Below are positions 40,001 to 64,000 of a DNA stretch of 64,000 nucleotides, one piece after another (the first letter of the stretch is position 1; every line of letters begins with the position of its first letter). Position numbers and translations under genes: made by a program. Origin of the DNA: Antedon mediterranea (lineage: Eukaryota; Animalia; Echinodermata). The notes under the pieces were generated by a model. It was given only the letters and a program-made list of their open reading frames with translations. It was not told the origin of the DNA and searched no databases. Location of the stretch: positions 16,650,912 through 16,714,911 of the forward strand of contig NC_092675.1 in the NCBI RefSeq assembly GCF_964355755.1, written 5' to 3'.

Positions 40001-43000
40001 GGCTACTAATAGATACAAGTGAAAGATACAGTACCGAGAATCGACTGTGAAAATCAATACGTAATAAAATAACGTAGGGCCTGCGGCCGAGACGATTACA
40101 AAGAAAGATTAGAATGTCACCATCCGTCCCCATTATTCCGTTGGGGCTCCGAATCCTGGGTATCTTGACCATGATAGGTAATGGATCAAACATTCAGTTT
40201 CTGCCTCAGAAACGATGAGCAAGAGACACACCGAATACAGGCCCGTAAGAAAAAAAACCAATATGATTAATGCCATTTCATGTCATCTTAAAATGGGAAT
40301 GACATTTATATAACATGCGAAGAGGCACAACAAGGTAGTAAATAATATGTTTGTATCTAAATACAAACTGGTTGACCTTAGGGTACTGGTGTTATATATT
40401 AAATTAGGACAAATTAATTTACATTTCGATTATGAGGTCTCATGAATCAGAAAATTATATTTTAAAAATCTACTTAGTAAAACTTCTTCTGCTGAACATT
40501 GTTATTCTAAATGTTAGATTACTGAATGACGTTGTGTGCAGACCACGTTAGAATTGGTTTAGTTTGCATTGATTTATTAGAAGTTCACTTTTATCTGTTG
40601 ATTGAACCTTAACATTTATTTTCATGTTCATAGGAACTGATATGATGTACATCGCTAATGATGTGTTGCTCATAATTGATGTTGTGTCCAAAGAATCATT
40701 ATGTACTTTAAAGTTCACGAACCAGTTCTTGATGCATATTTTATAGGCCTGATAATGTTCTTCCACTTAAGCAAATATCAGCCCATCAACATGGAAGTAC
40801 GGGCATGCACACTTATCACCTTAAAGATCCCATTTTTCTGATTAAAGATCATATGTATCTTCTAAGTATACTATATGCCTATAACCCGCAGTCGTGTTGC
40901 ATGCTGTACGGCAACCATCATCCAAGACAATGTAATGATTGATCTCTTCATTCAACTATTATGGCATGGATGGTTAGAATGTTTCGAAACTGAAACACTG
41001 TTCATTCTGATCAGAAACGTTCTTTATCAGACCTGCATTCTAATAGCCTAAATTGAAAGAAAAACCATGTTGAATTGTTAATTGTGTTCTGTTATTGAGA
41101 TATAGGTCTATCAGGGTATGCCCATGCAGGTTAGTTGCATACTAATAATAGGTATATTGTATTGAATAAATTCATCTTTCAAATATATTTAGTCCAGGTT
41201 TATTGTATTCCAAACACAGAGGGGTTACCGGTTATACACAGCTGCATTATATTTTTCAACGATACCGTTTCTTACAATGCTTAATTGTCGTAACTTTATG
41301 ATTCTGTAGAGTCAAAACTGCTTAAAATAGTTATTATTTACCCGATTAGATCTTTGATTTCACGGTGCCGATTTCGTTACTACATTACTATAGAATAAAC
41401 AGTATTCGGGAATAACATGCTAATAGGACGTCTTGTAATAGATTTACTGGTCATTTATTACGATTCTCTTGCAATGGAAGATGATGATGGTTGTATTAAT
41501 TGGGCTCGTAAATTTTTGTAGACTTCCATCCAATCTTAATTACAATCATGAATAACTAATGTGGAAAAACATTTAACGACAACAATTATTCTTTCCACCA
41601 TGATTGAATCACTGGGAAAAGTAAAAATAAAAAATGCTCCTTCATTGTACAATTTACGCCACTACCCAGTCTTTTGGCCATACATTGCAAGTCAAATCAA
41701 GTGCATTATTTTGTGTTTATTTTAAATTTTATTACGCACGTTCGGTTGATTAACCCGGATGTGGTATTGTTGTTCTTATAACTAAAAGAAAATCAACCTT
41801 AGTGTAATACCCAAAGGTTATACACGAGTACCCAGTTCAATGAACAGTAATCACAAATGTTTAATTATCAATAACTTGAAATATAGTACGGTACAGTACA
41901 TACAATGTCGATTCAATGTGTGTTTTCCATAAAATACTTTTGTTATTCAATCTCGTAGATTAAAATTGATAGTAAATTTTTTCTTGAATCTTGAATCATA
42001 CTTATTTCAAACAAACATTCAGTAACTGAGGTCCCCAACAGTATAATTATATTATATACGTTATAACATGAAAAGGCATGAAAAGCATAAAAAATGCAAG
42101 AAATGTTATTTAATGCGAATAGGAGGTAATATATGAGAACCGATATGGTAATAAGCTCCTATGTTATTTTTTAGTCCGATATCAGTCCTCAAACATACTT
42201 ATACTTACTTTTCTACTTATTTTTGCTTACCATTTCCTTAATGTAGGTTGTTGTGATAGGCCTCTAGAAATGTTAATGTATAATAACGTGCATTATTCCC
42301 GTATTGAGTTATTAAAAGTAATTTCTTCTAATTCTTCAAACGGAACAATTATGAAATACATAATTGCAATGTACACAGGATACATTACTATCACACATAT
42401 TGCATTATCAGAATCGATTAGAGGAAATATGAAACATTTTGATTAAACATTGCATTCCAAATGCCTCTTCAGCCGTGGATGATATTATTAGATTCTGTAG
42501 CTCAATTGCTATTGTGTACGTTAAGTATAAATACAGGTTGATCATATACTACCGGTTCATTGGTTGATATAATACAGCTAGTAGGCCTATACTATTTAAT
42601 TTTAAAAAAAATGTTTGGCAAAAAAGATATTTCATTTACACTAAAATCATCCATACTTAGTCTGAAGAATTCGGAACCCATCACCTCTCACTCTGTCGTT
42701 GACACTGACGTCCATAGGATGGATAGAACAATTAGGGAAAAAGTCTATCCTGGAGAGGAGGTCCCCTCCCATGCCAATGTGCGCAAATAGCTTGACACAA
42801 TTCGCACTGGTAAATATTGTTGTTCGTACATCGGATACGAGACTGTGAGTTAAAATAATAGGATAGGAAGATATCGGTAATTATTATAATATTTTGGTTG
42901 AATACATGAGTTAACGAATCAGATATATTGTTTACGACATAATATGGTGCTTAATTGTATTATTAAGTCATTATCGTACACATTAATACGATTAAAGGAA

Positions 43001-43679
43001 AAAACACACAACACACATACTATCCATTGAGATTAAGTGTCGAACACATTACCATAATTATTCACATGTTGTAATACACTTATTAATATGCACACTATAA
43101 CTTGCATAAAATGGATAAATATGTTCTTATTAGGTGCCCGTATTTGGTTTTACGCATCATTCAATGGCATTGGTTCGAATCTTCCCTACTCGCACCAATT
43201 CGCTGGTGATTGACTTATATTGATCGTATCTTGGGATTGCTTTGAACCATGGAGATACTCCTCCATTTTGAACCAAAGAACGGCTAGTTGTAGAGAGTTA
43301 ATTTTTTTCTAAATTGTTCAGAATATATATAAATGTTTATATTCATTCTTATGGAATTTTTGTCTAAGGCTAATCCGAGGGCTCCACTACCGTGCACATC
43401 GCCAATAAACAATACTGAAAGAAAAAAAAACGATAGACGCATGGAGTTATAATGTAAATGTAAATTTTTATTAGTCATTACTAAGAGTTACGCAGTGGGA
43501 CATATCGTTTATATGCGTCGCTTTTCCATCTTCTGGTCGCTTTAATTTCTTGGTCACCTTCGTTCAGGTCCCTAAGTTGCATGGCCATTTACGGGTGTGT
43601 GTTGTGTACCGGGTGTGGTCTAATTTCTATTAACGTTTGACTTAAATGTTTCCTAAGTAGTGGATCTCCGGTTTGAAAT

Positions 43680-44010
43680 ATCTCCATGTTAACTGTCCAT
43701 GTTCGTCGTCAGAGTAAGTTCCTCTTCACTACCGTCTACTCTATCGATGTTATTTGCAAAACGGAACTGACATTCCCTCAGAAAATGGTGTATCCTGATG
43801 TTTTGCATGATGCATTCGAAGAAGATATTTAAGAGTGTCGACGAACGTAGATAGTGTTGGGTAAGCTGACAACAACATCATTTCTCTGAACCAGTACTAT
43901 GTAGGGCCTATGTTGCTGACGTTGGCATAATTACTTGATGTTGTGAATCCGCTTCTGTCTCATGTTATATTTGTTCATTGTTGGCCATAGTGCATCATGC
44001 AGAAGGTTTT
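43680..44010 (-). mobile_element. Degenerate RTE-clade LINE reverse transcriptase fragment
   Basis: Minus-strand pieces LHDALWPTMNKYN, NIFFECIMQ and FRFANNIDRVDGSEEEL match the RTE RT pattern (HDALW..M.KYN; NIFLERIM; LRFADDIDGLAG.EEEL). Confidence 0.7.
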
Positions 44011-47000
44011 CTTTCATCTTTAGCATTTAGCTTTACAATGGTACCAAGAACAAAGTAATAGCAAAGGATCTCTGTGTTTGGCAGTCAACGTGTATACATC
44101 TTTCTCAAACGTTTCCCTTTAAGAAAAATGGCAGTCATTTTGAAGTATATTTACCATCTTGAATTTTTAAAAGTTAAACAATTTATTTGTTTTATCTCCA
44201 GTGATAGTTTCTTCCAAAATAAATGATTGTGGTTTAACAAAATCGGATGCTTTAATACTGATATTTGGGTAAAATTGAGAGAAAACATTTTAGTTATATG
44301 CAAATTTGCAATTATCTTTATCTCCCCTTTCTCTCCATTTTTTATATGTTGTTCAGATGGGTCTTAGGAAGTACCTACAACAAAAATAAATTTTAATTTT
44401 GTCTAGGTCAAACCGTAGTTTGACCGGACTAACACACGTGGACTATTTAAAGGACGATAACATTTTGTTGGCGTATGTTACATGCGCGTGCTCTGTGCGC
44501 GGAACCACCGATTGTTTGATCATTCACTCGGTATTTGGTTTCGCGTTCAAGTTCAATGCGAACGTACGTCTGGGGGAAGCTCCGAAAAAAAGGCACACTT
44601 TGAGTGAGAAGGAAAATGCAATGCTTATTATTATATAGCTCTATCTATATTTATTGACAGCAAATTGTTGATGAAATTAAATATATCAATGTAATTAAGT
44701 GGTATTGATACAGTTGAGTACGTATCGGCTGGTGATCTATAAAAAATAATCGCGGTAAAGGGAGAGGGGGAGGGGGATGTGTTCGAACCATAAACCCCCC
44801 TGCTATTGCTTCCCCGTCGGGGAGTGTTGACCTTATTTGTCCAAATATGATCATTTCTTTTCTGGTAAAAAATAAAACCATATTAAGTGTACTATTATAT
44901 ATTTTAAGTAACTGCGGCATTCCATTTTTGACGTAGGCCTACGTCGGAGGGCTATACACTTTATGCATGCTGACTGACAGCCCCAACCACCAATGACTGT
45001 TTATTTCGCGCGTACGCATCCCGCCCACCTCCCCAACTCGGGGAATTCGGTCTCCCCGTCGGGCAAATTCTGGCGCCATCACTGGTCAAGAGACGAGTCG
45101 ACTGGGTCGCTGTTATAGAAATGAAACTGGTTTTTTGTAATACTTTCAGGAGGCCCTTGGCCCCTTTTACTCCATATTTGGGATCCGCTCCTGTTGTTAA
45201 ATTCGGTGTGAACCGGGATATCATTTTGTTTGCACTCACATTCCCTCCTAGCCACTCTTGTTTGTATTGAAGTAAAACAAACGACTTGAGTAAATTTGCG
45301 TATTGCTCCATTAATCAACGAGCCTAATATCATTCGAACGAAACAAGCTTTGCTGTATATTAGACAATTATATCAATCAAACGTGTAGTATTGTTTCAAC
45401 ATGGAGGTAATCCATGGTTTCAATTTCACATTTATATTAATGAAGAATATTATTAAGTCAATATAGTGTGTAGAATTTAAAATGCACACGCTTTGTGTTG
45501 AGATGTCGTCTGCGAAGATAAAAAGGGTAGAAGTAAAATGTCATTGTTAGTTAATTTATCTTGCTTTAGCGTAATTCTATTATGGAACGTGTCGATTAAA
45601 GTACGACATTTCAATCTCCAATAATAGCCTCATCTCTCTAGACTTATGTCAGTTATCGAAGAAAAAATGTCTTGTACTGCCAGATTACACAATTGAGAAG
45701 GCCAGGCGTTTCCGCCTTATTCTAAATATAGGTAAACGTAAGCTACCGGCAAGAGAACAGATAAGGACCCGGTTGTCCTTCGAATAAAAAACAAATTACA
45801 TCGTAAATTGGCTAAACAAGGTACGTATACCTATTGTAAAGTAGCCTTCTTAATGACATTTTAAATGCGTCTTATTAAGGCCTTAAAATTAAAATAATTT
45901 GCATTATATCTTTTCATATTGGCAAACCTTATATTCAAAGTAAATACCTATAACTACTGCATTTACAAGCATTTATTATGACGAATTTTTATTTAGAGAA
46001 TACAAATCTATAGGGCCTCTGTGTGTCTCTTATAAACGGGGTCAATGGAGCACGCTCTCTCTTCATCCCTCAGTTATATATATACCTTACTTACTCAGAA
46101 GGGATAAGAAACTCGGTTGATGGAGGCTATGAACAAAAAAAGCAACAAACAGATTTCCTCAGTCTCACTAATCAGTTCTAGTCTAGTAAAAGTCTGGTTG
46201 AACCTAGAACAAAAGTTATAACATAATATATGTAGTCACAACCACCATATGACGTCATATGGGAATTATGCTAATTGAACCATATTTACCAAAACAAAAA
46301 CAAATTCTGTTGCCATTTGTTCTGGTTCACCCCATTTTTTACTTATCTTTACTGGACTCCCTCTTTCGAGTCCACATACAAACAAAATTTACTTTACATT
46401 ACACTACTAACTGTATAATAATGTTATACAAGTTTGAATATTGAATGTTGGGGCATTTCTTTCTTATTTCAATTTACACATAAATAGTTTGCCTCGTAGA
46501 AAACGAATGTTGCTAAAATGCCAGGGTTTGTTACAATATACAAAATGTATAAATGTACTACGGGGATTTCAATCCATAAATTATCTTAGCTTCGTTAGTA
46601 ACATCAAAGTCTGATTTTTACGTATACGAATGTTTATCTCCGACTTGTACGTCTGTGGGCAAAAAAAAAAAAAACAAACAAAAAACCCTAAAAAAAAAAA
46701 ATTGAAATGTCTGTATTGAAATAGACAAACGAATAGACCAGCTTCTGAGGAAAATTCGACATATTTTGCCATTATTGCTGTACGATACATTTGAAGTGAG
46801 TACCATTTCGTAAATGTTTTGGCTTAAGTCTAGTTAGGATGATTTTTCTATTAAAAATCATGAAGGTGATTCAATAAAGTGTAAAACTGCAGACAAACTA
46901 TTAGTAACAACATACTTTTACAGCAAAGATCTTATTGCTTTACACAGTATAATGCATCTATAGGGGGCGCCCTATAGATAAGACAGATTTTGTGGAAAAC

Positions 47001-47090
47001 GAGTATCCTGAAATTGCACAAATAAATAGATTGAGTATGCTTGGATAAATTCTAAATAAAAATGAATACATCTATGAATTAAATTTAAAT

Positions 47091-47421
47091 ACCGTATCTT
47101 TTCGAATAACCGCCCCGGGCGTGCATTGTTCAGGGGGTTTGGGTGAAGAGTTTTATTCGAGGGAGGCGTTTATTTTTATGGGTTTAATTAGAAGAAGTGA
47201 ATATAAATACATTAAGGATTTTAACAAAACACTTGGTACTGATTGTAGATGTCAATAAATAAATTCTACTACAAATACAAATTTGTTATGTATATATGCA
47301 TGGGGCGTTTAGGTGTTTATCCGAGAATAAATAAACTCCCCTTGACGTTTATTCTATTTGGGGGAGAGGTGGGGGGGGGGGGGATTGTATTCAAACCGGG
47401 GCGTTTAGTCGAATAAATACG
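47091..47421. mobile_element. Tc1/mariner-pogo-like MITE
   Basis: ta|ccgtatcttttcgaataaccgccccgg ... ccggggcgtttagtcgaataaatacg. Confidence 0.65.
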
Positions 47422-49018
47422 TCGAAACTCAACCGAAAGTTTAAAATAAATCTAAAACAACGATTAATTTATAGGCCTACAATACAGATAAAGTATGTTG
47501 AATTTATTAATCACAACAAGAAATATTTCTTACAAACAACGCCGTTCGTTTTATTTATTGTTCTTTCGTCATTAATTGAAATTTGTGATATCCATTTCTA
47601 CTAGGTCTACACTCAGTAGGCCTAGTACACATTTAGTGTAACGTAAGATATAGTATGAAATGCTCTATTTAATTATAAAGCAGGGCCTGGATGGGGATTA
47701 TTATTAGATTCAGTTTTCCTTCTGTAGTTGACTTAGTTTATTAATTAATGAAATCAAACAATCAACTTTTATTTCAGAACAAAGTTCATGGTCTACTAAT
47801 ATATACAACAAAAATATAATCCTAAACAAAACTATATACAGTATATAGTTATATATACAGTTACTATAGTAACTATAGTAACTACTTTGCATACCCGCCG
47901 GGTAGGGGAGTTACCCACACACTACATTCCTGTAAACAAAATGTCTAATTAGTCAGAAAATCGTCGTACAGCCGAAGTAGGCTTACTAATAATATAATCG
48001 AACAATTATTCTTCATCTATACACACCACACCATTCGCCAAAACTATTTACCATAGAATAGAAGGATTTGACCATTATTCAATAAGCTACCGCTTGGTAA
48101 CTGTTTCCTAACGATTCCGTTCTCCTGAATATAAGTGCGGCGCGAAAACGCAGGATATTCACAAATAGAAATAGTAGGCCGGCCTACTACGGTAACTGGT
48201 CGTGGACCAAATTTAGCGTGGCCAGGGGCGGTCGCTATTATACTATTTTAAGAGGGTTGCTAAAATGACACCCCTAGATGGCCGGAAATGGTACTCTCGC
48301 ACGTAAAATTCACGATAAATGGTACCTATATAGTTCGCCTGAAATGACACTTTATATCAGGCTACCGTACCAAACAGCACCATCGTATCCAGCCTATTTT
48401 TCCGCCGGTAAAACACACGCAACATTTTAAAAGTCATAGGAAGTCGTCGTCGACGAAGGTACTTCCGGTAAGCTAATGAATTCTGGCAATTATAATCAAT
48501 AAATACAAATTAATTATTATTATCAAAGATCTTTTGTTATTATAAATTAATAATTAAAAAAAGTAGACACAAAATATGAAGCTGCTGCTGCTGCTGCAAA
48601 ACGTTAAATTGTATTATTTTGATCAAAAGTCAGTAAAACTACAATTTCCAAAATACATTTTCATTATATAAACTATAAACTGTACAACAGTGTTGCTTAC
48701 TACACTTCAGAAAAGAAAAATATAATCGAAATTTGCAAAAAGAAGCAATTAAACTCTGTTGTTTCAAAGTTTGGAACGTTGGTACTACATTGTGCTCCAG
48801 TGGACCCAATTTGGAGCCAGTGGAGCACACAGTGATATGTGATATAAAATAGAAATAAGTCACTGAATTTTAATAATAATATCTTTTCGTATGTTAATAC
48901 ACTGTGCTCACGTGGACCCAATTTGGCATGCGTGCAAGTGAGCGCAGTGATATAAAATAAAAAAAGTCACTAAATTTTAATATCTTTTCTTATGTTACTA
49001 CACTGTGCTCACATGGAC

Positions 49019-49908
49019 CTGTCACACCAAAATCGGTCCGGCGGACCAGTTTTGGCTGCCAAAATCAGTCCGGAGGACCATTTATGGCTGCCAAAACCTG
49101 TCCGGCCGGACCAATTTTGGCCGCCAAAACTGGTCCGGCCTGGATAAAATCGGTCCGGGCAGTAGGACTGTTTTTGGCCGCCAAATATGGTCCGGTCTTA
49201 CAAAATGGTGCGCAAAATGAGGTCATAATGTATATTTAAAAAAGGCCATGATTAGTCATTATATTGAAAACTACGGGGTTTTATTTGTTATTTTAATATT
49301 ATAAATTAAGCCTGTTTTTTTTATTATCATTATTAGTAGTAACTCATCAATAATTAGTACTAATTGTTAGGCTTTTTGTATACAATATGTATCTCTGCCT
49401 GTTTTTAATCCATTTTGTTTATTTTTAACATCTTCGTTTCCCCATGATGTTAAAAACAATTTAATTTATTAATTATTTATGGTTAATCAATCAATATATC
49501 AATTCAATACAATTATTATAAAACAATTATCCAATATTGATTAGGCTGAGGAAGGAAAAAGGCCTCAATCATAAATAAAATCTAGCTGGCAATATCAGCG
49601 TCTCATACCCGTTCGTGTGAGTGTGTGGCAGGCCGAAATATGAGTGAACACCTTCATGTTTTTAGATAAAATACATTTATTTTATACTATAGTATTTATT
49701 TATCCGACAAGATAACTTACTAATATATATCATGGGATATTTTTCTAGCCATAAACAACAGCATCATAGGCCTAGTAATTCAATTAAAATCGACAGAAGA
49801 AAATCCCGGACCGATTTTGGCAGTGGCGGACTGCTTTTGGCCACAATTTTAGAGCCAAAACTGGTCCGGCCGGACCGATTTGGCCCCGGACCATATTTAT
49901 CGTGACAG
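49019..49908. mobile_element. Non-autonomous DNA transposon with subterminal repeats (EnSpm/CACTA-like), 2-bp TSD
   Basis: Termini CTGTCAC / GTGACAG, repeated ggtccggccggacc..ttttggccgccaaaa units at both ends, AC duplicated at 49017-18 and 49909-10. The empty-site sequence is preserved in the adjacent tandem copy near 48906. Confidence 0.8.
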
Positions 49909-50464
49909 ACCCACTATACCACCACCATTGATGCATCATCATCATCAGCAGCAGCTAGCAGCTAGCTGTCAATGTACTTCACGGTTCATTGACTGGGTCA
50001 GTCTATTTTTAAACGCTGAGCTAAAAATAGTCTCAGGTCAACACTAACCAATGAGTAAGGCCGATATGAAAGAGTTAGGCGTCGTGAATCCCACAGTTCT
50101 TCAATGTAATTCCGGCGATTTCCGCATGGAAACCGATTAATTAATAACTTTCCGCTTGATTTTAGTTTTAAATTGATTGTCAATTTTCTATTCGAAATTT
50201 ATAACATTATCATCTAAATTTGATATATATTTATGCCTAATAATACGATACTATTTTTTTCAAATATAACGCATTTTTTACTGAGATAAAAATTTGCGGA
50301 TGGATAATTCATTGACATCGATCAGAAAACAGACACGAAAATAGGAAAGAATCACCGTAGGTTCTGCGAATGGGCCTTGACTTAATCTTGATCGTAAATT
50401 CATATTTTGCACTAAAAAGACTGTGTTTAAATTTGATTAAAAGATAGTCTTCCATAGTGCAATT

Positions 50465-63557
<13,093 letters not shown>

Positions 63558-64000
63558 TAATGTCAGCAATATTACAAAGGCTGACATCAAAAGGCGTGGT
63601 GGCATTCTTTATTGTACCATTGACGTTTGCTGCATGCGTTTATGGTTTTATTAGAAAGTTCCTGGTTTTACTTTTAAAACAAAGCCCACATAAAAACTGT
63701 ATTCTATTGTATGTATTGCAGAGTTGTGTTATGAATTTTGAAAATTAATGGAATAATTAGTCTTGTGGAACGTAAGCGGCTCTCAACCGATGTTGTGAGC
63801 AAGATTGTATGAAGATAAGAAATTACTAATTAGCCTGACTGACAGTATAAACACAGGAAGTGCACAATGCATTTTATTTTATCTTTATTTCCTGAATGTT
63901 GATTTTTTTCATAGCCTAATTTTGCAATTAATGATCTAAAATAAATACGATCATTGCTTTTATTTACTCCTCAAAACATGTTAAAATTGTTAATTGGAAA

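Noticed and set aside
40548-41000. Possible degenerate retroelement or exon on the minus strand
   Set aside because: No motif recognised with enough confidence to call.
42719-42850. Additional PKA alternative first exon (MDRTIREK..)
   Set aside because: In-frame TAG precedes the only phase-1 donor, and the GTGAGT donor is out of phase.
49005-49220. 71-aa ORF with repeated motifs
   Set aside because: Derived from transposon subterminal repeats.

Overview
AT-rich eukaryotic (animal) genomic DNA, probably from an invertebrate deuterostome (inferred from a Deu-domain-like SINE and conserved intron positions). It contains: (1) the 3' ~13 exons of a choline transporter-like gene (SLC44A1/CTL1, + strand, 1658-19454), apparently with two alternative terminal exons; (2) a complete 4-exon deoxyhypusine hydroxylase gene (DOHH, - strand, 23133-28266, 300 aa); (3) an uncharacterised ~187-aa coiled-coil ORF (- strand, 30555-31118); (4) an intact tRNA-Thr(AGT); (5) the 5' part of a PKA catalytic subunit gene (+ strand), with a canonical myristoylated exon 1 at 50465 and candidate alternative first exons, notably at 33615. 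Introns and intergenic DNA hold three large minisatellites, many TIR-bounded non-autonomous transposons, a SINE and degenerate LINE fragments. The most notable unexplained signals are four CATGGA..TCCATG micro-palindromes with 7-bp target-site duplications, a TIR element carrying a tRNA-like Pol III cassette in the DOHH 3' region, and a GC-rich decayed coding insert abutting a DOHH splice acceptor. No CRISPR array or prokaryotic system is present. All calls were made by eye without database searches.
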